From contig OZ038378.1 of assembly GCA_964036045.1 (NCBI GenBank), positions 3,844,001 through 3,908,000 of the forward strand: 64,000 bases of DNA, in the 5' to 3' direction. Positions 23,669-37,773 of this stretch are shown piece by piece. The position numbers were made by a program, and so were the translations under genes. The stretch's first letter is position 1, and each line of letters begins with the position of its first letter. The notes beneath the pieces are model-generated. The model ran no database searches, was not told where the DNA came from, and saw nothing but the letters and a program-made list of their open reading frames with translations. The DNA comes from Eutreptiella sp. 'Long Island Sound 2002'. Lineage: Eukaryota > Protista > Euglenida.

Positions 23669-26499
23669 AGGCCAAGTATGCCCACGGGCCGCGCAGCCCA
23701 AGGTCTTGGGTGACAAGACTGGCCATGGTCTTGCCCAATCCCCGCCCCCCGGGTCGGATGGGCGCTGATCGGTGGGCGCGGGGGTGTCGGGGCGGCCGGC
23801 AGAGGGCAGGTCCCTTCAAGCTCTGCTGTGCCGGCAGTGTGCCTGCAGTGAGGCCTCACCGATTCCCAAGCCTTTCCACACGCGGATCCTGCTGCATCGT
23901 GGGCGTTGGGTGGTCCATCCCCAGACCGCACCGCCCAAACACGCCGCTTCCTCGGCGTGCGGGACGGCCGGGAAGCACCGCCCTGCGTTGGGATGTGAGA
24001 CGCCGCTGTTTTGTGGGGCGGTTTGCAACAGTTGAGATGGGCCCCCAGTGCCAATCCACCATTCTTTCATTCCTGTTGGGGCACACCCCCCAGAGTTTTG
24101 CTTAACAAGTCAGCGTCTCCTGGGCGGGGGAATCTGACAACCCCCCCCCCCCTCGAACCCGGATTTCATCGTGGGAAAAACTGAAATTTTACAAAAGGAA
24201 ATATTGATTTGGCTGTTTTTGGTACACAAACTTTTGGGTTCCAGGACCCCACCCCCCCTTAAGGAGAACTCCGTTGACACAACCAAAACACGTTCGGACC
24301 CACAGAGGGTCAGAATGTGCAGGGGCGAGAGGCCAATAGGCGCCGCCAAAGGCAAACAAAGTACCCCCATGGCCTCGTGCCAAACCCCCCCTTCGCACAC
24401 CCCCTGACCAGACACCCCCTTGTGGGTGGGGATGGGGGTGGGGGGAGGGGGGGGGGTCGAGAGAGGCCGGTTGCTTTGGATGCCCCGTCACATGCAGTGC
24501 CCTCCCGTGGCCTTCTCATGCCGTGTCCCGAGGGGCTGGATGACTCTCTGCCGGCCCGCAGCAGCCCGATGGTGCGGCCCCTGTCGGCAGGTCGACAGTG
24601 GGCCTGGACGGGAATGTTTAGCCCCCCCCCCCCCCCCCCACAGGAGCGGTCACTCGGGTGGTGTGCCCTCCCGGCCCCCCCGTTTACGTGGACAGTCGCA
24701 CCGCCGCCCGGACCTCTGGCCCGGGTGGACCCCAGGGCAGGGAAGCGCTCGGCGCGCCCTGGGGCCCCTCCAACCGCCCGCCCCGTCACCGTGGGAGGCT
24801 GGTCCAGCCTAGAGCAGCACCACCCGTGCCAGTGCAATCAGGGAGTGCGGACCGCCCCCAGTCGTGTGTGGAGCTTGGCCACCCCCTGCCGTTGGCAGTA
24901 GTGGGCGACCAGCGGCATGTCGGTAGACCTGGAGGTGGCGTGTCCAGACCGGCGACTCCCCCGGTTGGCTCAGCGTCAGGCTCCCCCAGCCCCCCCACCG
25001 GGGCCTGGAGCACCAGGCGACACACTACCCCCCCGATGCATACCTCAAAATGATCAGCGCGTCGTGCAGAGCAGTTGGCTCATGTGTGTTAGGACACCCC
25101 CCCCCTCTCGAACCCCCCGTGATGGGCCCTGTCTGGGGGTCAGCAAGGGCCTCGGTCACGAGAGCCCTCTTGGGGACGGCCACAAGCTGCAGGCCTTGAG
25201 GCACCTTTCCATTCGGTTCCATTAGGACTGATCTGTCAACGTTGGGTTTTGCGGGGGGGGGGGGGGGGGCATTGCTTTGCGTGTTGGTGGCCTGCCCACT
25301 GGCACCTCTGTGTCTCACTCTTGTGACAGAAAGGTACCTATGGTCTTTTAGGCCACTGACGAGCCAATTTTCTTTCTGCGTTTTTGTGCTGGCCGCGTCT
25401 TGTGCCCACGTGCAATAACTCAGCATTCCTTCGGGGGGGGTGTGCTTGGGGCCCCAGTTGTCCCGGATGTAGCCGGGGCTCCTCAAGAAGTTGGCGTGAC
25501 GAATGCGTGGGTTGGACGGTGTGCTCTGTGGGCCCACCGTTGGTCTTAACGTGCCACACGCGCGCACCGCAGGCGCGGCAGGATGCAGGATGGCCCTCAT
25601 GCCTCCGGGGGTGTTCTGCGTAGTGGAACACTGTCGGTGTGATTGCATGCGTTGAACCCACTTCAGATGTGCCTATGCTCGTTTGGAGGACAAGCTGCTG
25701 CCCTCTTTGACGTCCGAACAGGTGTGCACTGGCACAGTGCTGCCGTCACCACCCGCCGCCGGCTGCTGTTGGTTTTCCCACCAAACGTCCTGTTTGACAG
25801 CCCAGGAGTATGGCGGTGGGGTGGATCGGCTGCCTCAGGGGGTGTGCCTGCTCCGCAACAGCAGGGGTGATCCTCAGTGTCACGTGTCCACATCACGGAT
25901 CACCTGTCTCGTGATTTGTCTTGTGTTTGCGAGCGGTGCGAGCAAATAAAAGTTTTCGAATAGTATGTATCCAGTTGTATTGTATCTCAGTTGCAATTTG
26001 TTGCCGGACCACCCAGGTCCAACAGGCGAGTTATGCCAGCCCGGACACAGATGAGAATGTACGGTGATTGCTGAAAACTACCTCAGAGCCGCAAATTCAA
26101 GGTAAGAAATGCGCTCTATGGGGCCCATTAGCCCTTCGCTTTGTACGTATTATCCTTATGCCTGTCGCCCGTGCGCAGGGCAGACACTCATTCCCCTCCC
26201 CCCCCCGCCTGGTGTTGGCCAGCAGAGCACAACCCAAAGTCGCAAGTTCGTTCCTTCAGGTGGACGTGCCCCAGGTGGTGCGTGTCCAAGCCACCTCTTG
26301 TCCAAGCGGAAGTACCTCGAAGGACTGTACTGTTTTAATAAGCAGTTGTGTCGGTGTCCGTATAGACCAGTCCCTAGACCTGCCCCCACCCGCACCGCAC
26401 TGCTCCAGGTGCCAGAAGCACCCTGATTTCACTACCATCGACAGTTAACGCCTGTGAACATATATGTCAGACTATTTCCGTGGCCCAATCTCTGATATA

Positions 26500-27350
26500 A
26501 GTTTTTTCTGTGGCACGCTTTGTCACGTTGTCCTTCATCGGAAAACGATGCGTGCTGTATTCAGTGGTCCATGTTCTGGGGCTCACAGCCACCATGTGGG
26601 CGCCGGTGTGGCCAAGTCTCGTCAAATTCAGGGCCTACATGCTGCATCGTTCCCAGCAGCATGCCTCTCCACACCGCGCCCGTGTTGGACGTGCTGACAC
26701 TTGTATGTCTGTCCTGTATCCCAAGTGAAGTGTGGTACGGCGCATCGTGCATGGCTTCTGTTCGGGGGAGAATGTGTATTTCAGACTGCTCGTCGTGAAC
26801 AGTTTGATCTCCCAGGCCTTCAAACCGAACCCAAGTTGCCAAAGGCACGACACGTTGATATGGAATGTATTTGTTCGGCGATCATTGCATTATTTCCAAA
26901 CAAAGGCTCGAGGCTTTTGAAAGGACAGAGAATGCCAAGACCTGGTTTTTGGCGAAATTGGCTGCCTAGAGTACCATTTCCCATGCTTCTGTGCCATGCC
27001 AATCGTCCTTGTAAAAAGGAGGCTCCACATTCCCAGAGAACTCCACAAGGTAGGAAACGAGGGTTGCAGTGTGCCGTCTATAGTGAACTTGGATTTGCGT
27101 GTGCAGCTCATCTCTACACGTCCCCTGGTGCGAAGAATGGAGATTTGTTTGAAGGCTGAATCAGGGGGGCGGGTCCTGGATGTGTGGGCCAAGGTGCTAC
27201 TCTTTCATGAAAGTCTCATCAACTCACATTTGAGCGTATTCTACACCTTTGCTGGACTGACAAGGCACATGAGGAGCAATGTGCCCAAATCTCGCTTTTC
27301 GTTGTGGCAAGCAATAAATGCTGCAGGCATATGTTGTGCTGCCATAATGA
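26500..27350 (+). pseudogene. Possible degraded non-LTR retrotransposon coding remnant
   Basis: Fragmented frames, e.g. GCSVPSIVNLDLRVQLISTRPLVRR, resembling the post-RT region. No diagnostic motif is intact. Confidence 0.25.
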
Positions 27351-27859
27351 TCTCTTGACAAGGAACCGCATAATGTGTCAAGCACTAGATGATCAACAAA
27401 GCATATGATGACCAATGGACGCTCAATGGAAGCAAAGCTAGAACTTGTTAGAAGACAAGGAGTGTGTTTCCCTAAGAATCTGGACTTCGACAATGCGTGC
27501 AAGCAATGTTGTCATAGATGAGGGTCAACAACCGGTGCAAGCAATTTGTTCTTAACACATTATTGCAACCCAGCATTCCCATCATGGCATATTTTTCCAG
27601 AAAATCAGATTTCCCTGAGTAGCAGCTGGAAACCAGTGGATGCCTCCAGAATCAAGAAGTCCAGGCGTCATTTCATTTGTGGTTTCATGCAGACACAAAT
27701 TTGACAGTACCAAGGGGGGGGGGGGGGGGTAGAAAGGGACAAGATTGTTGTGGACAAATTTGGAAGCCCTACCTCGTACCAAATGTTTCCTTCAATTTTA
27801 AGGATGCGATGTGCCAAATGTGCGGCAGAAATGACTAGACATTAAGGAACGCCCAGCAG

Positions 27860-28020
27860 CATACAGAATCCATATTCCTGACGGATATTCAAAGCTCCTG
27901 CCAACGTCTGTGTATGCGTGCGATGAGACAGCGCTGCACTACAGTCCAGACATGCAAGGAACTTACGAGGATAAAGCTGTAATGAGGGTGTTCTTGATGA
28001 ACCAAGGAGAGAAAAGGACC
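27860..28020 (+). pseudogene. Fragment of a pogo-like DDE transposase
   Basis: YACDETALHYSPDMQGTYEDKAVMRVFL..EKR aligns with LAADETPVHYFPEMRGTYEATGVQNVFI..EKR of 56695-58830. Confidence 0.75.
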
Positions 28021-28112
28021 CACCAGGAAATCTCAGCAACCATCCAGAGGCCACCAGGAAATATCAGCAACCATTTAGAGGCCACCAGGAAATATCAACA
28101 ACCATCCAGAGC
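28020..28112. repeat. 31-bp tandem repeat x3, plus degenerate copies to about 28180
   Basis: CCACCAGGAAAT(A/C)TCAGCAACCATCCAGAGG-like units at 28020, 28051 and 28082. Confidence 0.9.
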
Positions 28113-30616
28113 CCGTCAGTCTAGCAGCGACCATCCAGCATGCACTAGGAAATAACAGCAACCATCCACTAGGAAGCAACAGCAAGGGGCTTTATACCAA
28201 AATTTTCCTTCATTTCTAAGGACTGGTTCCAAAATTTTCCCCTCCTAATTTTAGCCCTCCACAAAAACCCCCTCAAATAAATCCCCCTGTGGTATTCCAC
28301 TCAGCGGTTACATGAGCTGGACTGCCAAAAAGGGCACATGGTTAACAAAGGGCCTGCGAACAAAAAGGCTGATGATGGTGCCCCCTCAAAGGAGTCTGCT
28401 TTCGTAGGGTCAAAGAATGGTTAAAGGGAAATTATGCCATGAATACATTGTATTGTGGCACAAACAAAACATTGTCGTTCTTGTTTATTTGTCAGCTCAG
28501 TGCTCAGAATCACAATGGGTCATCCTGTCTTCTTGTTCCTGTCATCCTGTTTTCAGTTGTCTAGGAAATGTCCAACAATTTGGTACAAAAATACACTGGT
28601 GTGATATGTTGTTCAGATTGCTATGCTACCCCCCCCCCCACACACACACCCTTGATTAGTACCCACCCCTGTATCCCCCCCAGGGGGGGGGGGTCATCAC
28701 TTTTTGAGTTTTCCAATTTTAATTTAAAGGTTGGATATTGAGGTTCTCTTTTGTGTTTAAGGGTTGGAAGTATTATTGGTGCATTGTTGTGAAGTTGGAT
28801 TTCTTCCATCCAAGGTAGTATGCGGTACCCTGTATCATGCCAGACATTTAGTTCAATTTCAGCCATGGATGTCGATCATATTGACATGTAACCAGCTGAT
28901 ACTATTGTCAATTTCGAATGTTCAGAGGGCAGCGTTGTGCTTGCCAAGTGGCCTTCCAAGTGGTGTGGAAGAAGACATTGACAGTGCATCAGACACTGAG
29001 ATTCTGTGGGCAGAAAGTGCCCATGCAGTATGGGGGTTGGCAAACATTTTGGCCAACATAGGTCCACAGATCCCGTTTCTAGTACACCATGTTGCACCCT
29101 ATGCCCAGCCATAGCAACGGGAGCGGCACAGTCCACTCCCCATCAAGGGGTGCACTTGCATACTCGGCTGCTTGGCGCTCAGATCGCCGGCTGCCCCACT
29201 GCACCCGTACCTGGGGACCATACTGCCCAGACAAGGCCATAGACCATAGGCGTGGGTAGGAGGGCCAAAGCCCTTCATCATTTCCTCTGACTCAAACAAC
29301 ACGGGGTTATTAGGGGCCGTTGATGTGGATTGGATCATGGAATACGATGACCCGACGAGGCTGTTCGACCATCCATAGGGTGATAGCCGTCACGATGGGA
29401 GGCGCAGTTGTACAACGGGCACAAGGACATACACCTCATGTGTGGGGCAAAACTACATCAACGGGCCTTGGGTCATATCAGTCCAAGTCAAGGCCTACAG
29501 GAGGGTACACGCCAGACCGCTAGCCACAACGCAAGTACGAGGTGAGGCAGCGTGGTGCGGAGCTGTAGAGAAACTTCTTGGAGCAGATGGTGCTGGACAT
29601 GGTGAAGGAGATAGATTCCATGTAGCACGGCCAATTTACCGCGTTCGCCCATTGGTGGGCACATTCCAACCCAAAGTAGCCGTGCTCTTTTGGAGCAGAT
29701 GTAAAAGACCCTATCACCAATTAATGATAATGTCAGAAGTTGCCCAAGAGCTCACTTTGAATGTGGTGTGCCGGGAAAAAAATCGATAAAGCATGTCGGA
29801 AGAGTGTTTAAGAATGAACAGAGTGGAGGGAGCAAGAAGCAAAGTGGCTTGGAAAACACCCCAAGAAACATGCCCCCCATGGTATCACAGCGTTCCCATT
29901 GAAAAGGAGGGAGAATGATGCACGAATATCCTCCTTCGGTGGCCTATGCTCACGCCACTCTACATTTACTTCTAGGTAGGGGGTTTTCAAAAGAGCCTAA
30001 TTTGTGCACAATTTGTGCACAACGCTCATTGCACCCCCTTGTGCAACAACTTCAACAGGGGGCTGGCAAGAGCCCATCAGGCATAAAGGCGGATGTGATC
30101 ATGTGGTGAGATTCTCGTAGCAGTGCCTTCAAGCATTCTTGCCCTCACGATGCTCCGGAACAGGGTACTCCTCATGCATCCTGTACCCAAATCACCACAA
30201 AATAACCCCTTACAATGTGATTTTTTGGTTCCAAGCCTCAGTTGAATGAGGGCACTTGAAGCACAGTGCACTCGATGCAACTCCCAAGGCAACTGGGGGC
30301 AGCCCAGTAGGAGTGGAAAGAGCACAGTGGGAAGTGTGAAACATGATAGTAGCTCTGGTATATAATCCGGCTCCCAAGATAGGCACCTCAAAGGGTGTGT
30401 ACGGCGGTGATTTCCCGGCTGCAGGTCCCAGACTGCACACTCCACAGGTCACACTGTTGTGTTCATCAACGGTCTGCAACTGTCTGGTTCCAGCAAACGC
30501 TCCACAGTGTTGTGCCTCGATGACCGCCTTTGGTGTCTCTGGTTTACAACGTGGAAGCCCTCTTCATAATTCTCCGTTTTTTTTTGGTGTCATGTCTCGC
30601 AGGTGCAGTGTAAGTC

Positions 30617-31255
30617 ATGGACGTAGATGTGCAGCTGCATGGCAAGCTGACGGTGCAACTCAACCCACCGCAGGGGTTGCATCAATTGGGCCCTGAAATA
30701 CATTCCGAAATCATTAATGATGCCATCCAAATGGGCATTGAAGAGCAGATGGGGGGATTCAAGATCCAGTCGCTGCGGCAAGTGGACGGGCAGTATACTG
30801 CCACAGTCGATTTCCCGGTTCTCATGCAGTCCATCCGCAACCTCATCCAAAGCCATGACGCCTTAGAACAGCAACTGCGAGAACTTGGAGTGGCCCCGAA
30901 CGCCCCGGATGAGAATGACGCTGTAGCAGCCCCAAGTACAGGATCGGACAGTCCCAGCGCATGCCCTTTACTGGCGGATGCGGACCCCAGTCCCTCCGGC
31001 AGCCCGCAGGAAGGGTCCAGTGGTGTGTCTGCGATGGCTACTGGTGTGCCCCCCCCGGTCCCTGACCGCTCCACCATTGGGACGTCCAATCTGAGCGACG
31101 ACGACGGCGACGGAGATGAGATGGAACCTGAAGAGATGGGGTACAGCGCGTTGCCGGCGGAGGAGGACTCTGATGAAGAGGGTGCAGCGCAGCACAGTGC
31201 AGACGACGGCAGCCCATCAACCACAGCTGATGCTGGCGCGGACTCTGTGGCGTAG
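30617..31255 (+). CDS. Hypothetical protein, 212 aa, with a structured N-half and an acidic disordered tail
   Basis: Pyrimidine tract and CGCAG acceptor at about 30575-30602, with an in-frame stop before the ATG. GC-rich coding-like composition. No family recognised. Confidence 0.65.
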   Translation: MDVDVQLHGKLTVQLNPPQGLHQLGPEIHSEIINDAIQMGIEEQMGGFKIQSLRQVDGQYTATVDFPVLMQSIRNLIQSHDALEQQLRELGVAPNAPDENDAVAAPSTGSDSPSACPLLADADPSPSGSPQEGSSGVSAMATGVPPPVPDRSTIGTSNLSDDDGDGDEMEPEEMGYSALPAEEDSDEEGAAQHSADDGSPSTTADAGADSVA

Positions 31256-31817
31256 CCCCGTGCGTCCCGGCCTACTGCCTCGTGCATCAGCGTTGCATAG
31301 CAGTGTGCGCGTAGCGGCTGAGTTGCTTTCCGTCCGGTTGTGCCAGCTGCCTGGCCTCATGATGAAGCCGATGTGCCGAGACAGTGGCGGTGCTGGCCCT
31401 ATTGATTTGCCCATAGGTGCAATTACGTGGCTCGAATGATGCAGCCCGCACCCGCTGCCCCTCCATCGCAACAGGCGCAGTGATTTGTATGGTAGCACAT
31501 TTGTATCATATCAATGATCTCTTGGAACTGCCGGACATTGCTGCATATGCATACCAGGACGTGCATGTGCAGAGCGCTTTGAGACCTGCTTGCGCCATCG
31601 CGACTGTCGGATCTGGGTACGGGCTGCGATGCGGGATGATTCGCGGGGGGCTTGGGCGCAGGGCCCTTTCGCTGCTCCAGCGCTGACCCCAGAAGTGAAG
31701 CATGTCCGCAATCCCTATTCCCCAATTCAGGTTCCCCGCGAATCGATGTTTCATTGCCCCGCACCCCAGGGCGCTCACTAGCTGCACTACCAGCGGCTGC
31801 GGGTGGAGGCATGCATG

Positions 31818-32103
31818 CAGAGTTCCACTTCACAACTCAGCTCAAGTGGGGGTGGGGGGTGGGGGGGGCTCCAGACAACCCCCCCCCCCTTTAAGTGATT
31901 GGGCCGGAGCCTAATGCGGACATTGCAACCATTGAGGCCCCTTAAGTGAGGCCAAATTTTGCTCCGCACCTTCGGCCAATCAAAAGCTCTGGCGCCTTCG
32001 GTGCCTCTAAAAACTCAGCACCGCGGGGCGGGGGGGGGGGGGGGGCTGGACCCACCCACCCACCCCCCTCAGACCCCGCCCCCCCCCTTTAAGTGGAACT
32101 CTG
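31818..32103. mobile_element. hAT-type MITE, 13-bp TIR CAGAGTTCCACTT, 8-bp TSD CATGCATG
   Basis: TSD at 31810-31817 and 32104-32111; perfect TIRs. Confidence 0.92.
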
Positions 32104-35013
32104 CATGCATGGCTGTTGAGGGCTGTAATTCATAGGGTGTGATGGGGGACGGGGGAGAGGTGCCCTGGTTGAGCAGTGAACTTGTGACCGCAGGGGCTTA
32201 TTACTGAACCCCCTTGCCCTGTGAGGGCACAGAGTTTGTCAGGGCGAACCCCGGGGGGGGGGGGGGGGTTGAAAGGTCGGAGGTCAGAGGTAGGTCAAAG
32301 GCATGTTTCAGTGATTTGGGGGAAATGGGACCCCCAATCCCCGGTGGGTTGTTTCTGGGTCTGGGGTTTACGAGCGCTTGGGACTTCCTGGCAAAAAGTG
32401 CAGGTGTGGCTGTGCAAAGCCTTCGACGCCGCATGGCAGTGATGATGCCGTGTTGTCTGCCAATGAAGATTCTCGTGCAGAAATGGCAGTTCGTCATCTT
32501 CTTCAGCCCGCAGTCTAAGCGATGAACTTCCACTGCTGTGGAGCAGCCATCACGGCAGATTAGGGGATCGATCACCAAGTGTCCCGAGCGGTGTGGCGGC
32601 GTTGCTCCAAACTACTGCCCACCTGGGCCAGCGGTGCATACATACCTCCCCAGCCCCACCCCCACCCTGGGTGGAGAGGGGTGGGTAGGCGGGCTGTTGG
32701 GTCATCTTCAGCCACCGCAGGCTCCAACCCCCCCCTCCCTCCCCAAGAAGTTCTCAAGCACAAGCCTGAGTGAGGTGGCGGCCATTAGCGAGCGACCAAG
32801 GGACGGGAGCAGGTTGGGATTCTGGAGTACAGCATGACTGTAGGGCACTGCTGTGTGCTTTGGACACCTGCGTTGCAGGGACTCAGCATCAGTCGCATGC
32901 GTGCCGAACGGCAGACCTCTCGATGCCCCCCCCTTCCCGTCTCAGACCAAGGACTGGGCAGGGGACAGGGGCTCAAGTGGGTGCTGGGGCACACGCAGGC
33001 CCAATTCGTCGAAAGTCGGCACTGGACGCCTGCTGGGGCGGGAGCGATGCAGGTGATGTTGCTGGCGGTGGCATTGGGTGGTCCATAGCGGGCCCATAGC
33101 CGGGGGTCCAAGGGATGACCCCTGCGCCCCCCCCCCCTCCGTGCGACGCCTGTACCCACTGGGTTCTTAAACCTAAGGTCCAACAACCGTCCAACGTGGT
33201 GCGGGCCGAACGGGGCCAGCAATCAGCACGCACAACGTGGGACTGACCGCTGACCGGTATGCACGCCTAACCCAATAAAGTCCACGAGTCCAAGGGCCCA
33301 GATCTGACCGTAAAGGGCGAGATGACCAGGGAGAGGGCAGGGAGCGAGCACACAAGACATTGGCTGTGCGGACGATTGGCGGACATTGGCTCGAACAATG
33401 GACAGCAGGCGGTGAAGGCCGTGGGGAGCAGGCGCGGCTGGAGCCTAATGCGGACATTGCAACCTGACCCATTGCAGCCCCTCCGTGCGAAAAAGAGCAC
33501 TGACAGCGAACAGGGCACGGGCGCAACCCTGGGTGCATTTGTTGCCCAGCAGGGCAAGGGCCAGGGCAAAGGCCAGGGCTCAGGTCAGAGAGCACCTGAG
33601 GCTGCGGTCAGGGGACTATGAATTTCATCGGGGGCTGCTTTGCAGCCCTGGAAGGAACCCGCCTGACCTGAAGACCCCCATCAGTACTGGCCAGGCCACA
33701 TGGACGTTCTGAGGCTGGCAGGTGCCCGTACGATGGTGCAGGCTCGGAATGGGGCCCTGTCAAGATACTAAGGTACATGGGCCATGGGTCAATGGACCTC
33801 TGAGTCAGCCTCTCCTTCCATCTGAGATTGCCCACCAAAATCGGAACAAATGTGTGCAAATGGGGGGATCAGGGAAACACAACACAATATGACCCCGCAA
33901 TTCTGGCCTGGCGTACGGCAGTCAATGTGGAAAGTGGGCGTCTGTGATATGCAGTGGCCTAGTTCACAAGCAAGTGATGCGCAGCATGGGAAAGCATTCT
34001 TGGCAACTTCAGCCCCTTGCAGAAATGCACCATTCTCGGTGCAACTGCCCCACTGAGACTCTTAATTTGCATCCGCAAACTACCTATTTGGGCAAATCTG
34101 GGCGCCAATGTGCGCAGGCTGGGCGCACATTGGCAGGAAATGGAAGGTGGATGTACATGGCCACAGCATGGGGCTGTGCATGACAGCAGTGTGAACCACT
34201 TATTCAAGTTGCAGGCAGCCATGGCATTCTGAGGTATCATAGTGAGCCCTATAGGGTACAGGAACGAACATGCAGGACTATGGGTTGAAAGCAAGGGCTT
34301 CTGCCATCTATCTGGGCTAGGCCTGATGCATGCTGTAGGAAGCGTTTTCTGGCGAACAATATGTCAATCAATGAATGCAATCACCCCAGATCCTAGATGC
34401 AGCAGTATATTGGCATACAGAGGATGCTTTTTAAATGAGAGTACGTTAGTGCACTGGGCGCACGCCAGGCAAAGTTTTCTCCTATTTCCCCCTAGTTCTC
34501 CCCCTCTTTTCCCATTTTTTGACCCCATGTTGGGGACCCGTTGTTGTTTGAAAACGGGTATTTTGGCATTTACAGCCCCTTTTCACCATGCATGCCCCGT
34601 TGATGCCGAATTTTTTAGAATCAAGTAAATCAACAAGCACATTGCCCCTTGTGGTTTTTGGGCCAGAAAACAGCTGTAAAGTGCAGTGAAAACTGCATGT
34701 GCTATTTGTGAATGCCATGATTGTTTGACAAGGACAAACTTTTAAGACAGCAGTGTTGGAAGTTTGAATTGGTCGGCAAGTGATCTATTTCGCAATTTCT
34801 GTTTGTGTGGCAGAAGATCGGGTCTTTGTTGGCATGAACACATGAGAAATATTCGACACAAAGTTTCTCCTTTTGAATGCGGTGGCATGCCACATCTTGT
34901 GAAGGCCCCCATGAAGGGTGCCCGCATTTCCTCTCCTTATTCAACAGTTGAGGTGCTGTGTGTTTAGGGGCTTTGTGCTTTCCTGTATTCGATCTTGGGG
35001 TTTGGGCTTGTTC

Positions 35014-35210
35014 GGGATAGATCCGATTTATGCGTCACTTGGGGGATGGGGTTGGGGGGTAGTGAATCCTGGGAGGTCACAACATATACAAAGGGTTATT
35101 GTGGGAAATCTGCATTTTCGAAAATATTGTGACGCCTGAAAGGTACTTCTTGGGGCCAGGTGCGACTGTTGGTCTACTGTCATGTGTGCAACTGTGACAT
35201 ATGGCACTCT
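35014..35210 (+). repeat. Dispersed repeat shared with 63726-63945, probably the MULE terminal region
   Basis: Collinear GGGATAGAT...GGGTAGTGAATC...TATACAAAGG...GTGGGAAATC..CGAAAATAT.GTGACGCC...GGGGCCA. Confidence 0.75.
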
Positions 35211-35371
35211 TTTCGAATGTGTAATTCAAGCAACACAGAACCTTAGATATAGCTACTAGAACACGGCAGGAAAGGTAGCCCTGGCTTGTAAGTAAGGCCG
35301 ACCTGTGCCCATACGGTATCAAGCTAACCCGGGACTGTGATACGGGGCTCTGGAAAATATCCGAGCCTGGC

Positions 35372-36468
35372 TTGGAGCATTCTGACCATTGGTGGCCTGC
35401 TGAGGAAGAAGCCCCACCACAGGATAAGACTTCTCTTCCTCAGGAACTGTGGGAGGACCTTAAACGAGCATATGAACACCGTGAACTGCCGCAAGACATT
35501 CTTGTAAATGTGCGGAAAAAGTGCAGTGCTGAAATGTACCCAGCAAGCAAAGGGTTCTTGAGCGAGCACATCCGCAATTTTTGCAAATCCATTGAACGCA
35601 AGATGGCTCCGAATGATCTTGCACGTCTGATCAATCACCTAAAAGAGTTGAAACAGGCAAACCCTGCCTAGTATTTAACCATGAAGCTTATGACCCGGTA
35701 ACTGGGGTGGTACGAAGATGGTTTTTATGCCACCAGAGTAAGTTCGGAAGGCCAAAAAACACGGGCACGTCGCCTTCGGCTGTAGGCCAAATCCTTGAAG
35801 TGCTGTATAAAGTGCCATTTGAGTGCAAAAAAAGGTTTCTACCACATTTTTTTTATCAATTCTGCACCTGCTTTCCAAGGAGGATTATAGACTCGAATAT
35901 ACTGACTTAGTGAATCAACGACACGCCAACTACCAAACAGCTAACCAAACCTTGCCATTTTATATAAATTTTGTTTCAGGCAAGGTCACAAGCCCGGTAT
36001 TTGATAGAATGATTTAGCAAATGAATGCCTCCACTGCGTATTTGGTGTATAAATATGAGGTGCAACGGGAGGCCGAATATATAGATGCCAATAAGGTGGC
36101 ACCATTATGGAAGTATGATCAACACTGTCGCAAAGCGGGAGATGCAAAGTTGGTGGACTTACCGAGATTTTGTGCGATCACTGGCCGTGTCAGCCTAATC
36201 CAGGCGAGAAAGGTTGTCTTTGAAGTAGAGTGACTCCAGCTTGACAACCAACTTTATGAATTGTGCACATTTTGTGTGCCTGTTCGAATCATTTGCTGGA
36301 GGTGAGGCCTATACGCAGTTTTGGTGCAGTTGTGGCCTAGCTATCCGGGCGGGGCATCCATGTCACCACTATCTTGCTGTTTTGCATCGCCATCCAGCTT
36401 TGGTGGCCTTTCATCTTGGATTGTTCAATCCAATTTTTATTTTGAAAAAATTTGATGCTGCGAGTTAG
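35372..36468 (+). pseudogene. MULE/FAR1-like transposase pseudogene with SWIM zinc finger
   Basis: NDLARLINHLKELKQANP resembles the pre-MULE helix, and CSCGLAIRAGHPCHHYLAV is a SWIM motif (CxC..CxH). Multiple stops. Confidence 0.75.
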
Positions 36469-37773
36469 GTCATTATTAGCTTTCAACTCAGCACGGAACG
36501 CCTCCCCCTACCCTCACCCCAAGTACCCGTGGTGATCCACTCCTAGGCCAAATTACCAGCCAAAACAAAACACAAGCGCATTGTCTACTCCATTGGGAAC
36601 TTGCAGTCCCGGATGCGTCAGTATATAAACAAAGTTGATCGCATTGCAACTCATCTCTCTGACTAGGGACAGGATGCAGAGGTCTTTGTTGAAGAGGAGG
36701 AGCGGCTATTGAACCAATTTTTAGCCATACGAGCATCCTCCATAGAGGTACATGTGACGGGCGCAACCCCCACAACCTGTTCCCCTTCCGTTAGCCCCTA
36801 AGCGAACTGTGCAGCCAACTGTCAACAAGCCCGCTAAGCAAAGAGGTGGTACGCAAGGGGGACATATGACATTGCAGCATGCCTTGCGGCAGCCGGTGCG
36901 GCTAAATCCAGGGCTGTGTTTTTTGTGACGCATATTGTGACGCTTCGTCACAACAAGGGGGGAGGGAGGAAGGGAGGGACTTTGCCAACCCTTGATGCAC
37001 TGCTTTCCTTCCGGATAGAATTTATGGAGATGCTCATCTCCTGGGCACCTTTAGCGACCTACGCTGAGAGAAGCCCTCATGCTTGGCTTGTTGGATGGCC
37101 AAGATGGCAAGAATCACCAATTCCTGTTTTCTTTCATCTTTACGTCTTCTCTTGGCTGAATTTTTCTTTTGCACTTCCTCTGGAGGACAGAAAGCAGTTA
37201 AGCAATTTTCTCGCACGCTCCCTCCACTGCTCCTCTCATTTTGAAGCGACCCAGGCGATCATAGAACTGTTGAAAACCCTGTTATTCGTATGGACAGCTT
37301 AGTGGACCGTTGTGGAGGGTGGATAGCAGGCTATGGTTGCCATGCAGGCAGTTTACAGTTTGAGAACACTATTGCCCTGCTGTAGCCCCACTCTGTGATT
37401 TGAATGTGTCTCGTGGCAACATATGCGATTCAAAATGGTCCCCATGACACGCTGATTTTTTTTTTTTTTTGAGGCATGTCTAGTCTGCCCGGGCCGCTTT
37501 GCAGCTGAATTTCGAGCCACTGCTAATCCTACGAGTTATTGGCTTTCTTTGGACAAAATATGCCATTGGTCACGGGAGCTCCTTTCCAAACACCCCACCC
37601 CCAATTTTTTCGTGAGGTGACCCCAGCCCCCCGGCATGATTGTTTCACCCACCTTGCCTTTCTTGACTTGTTGGTCCAATGATATGCATGGATGCCCACA
37701 GAATGGTGCTGCTTTGTGATCAGTGCTGTCCATGTCCATGGCATTTCCTTTCCATCTCCCAGACAGTGTGGAC

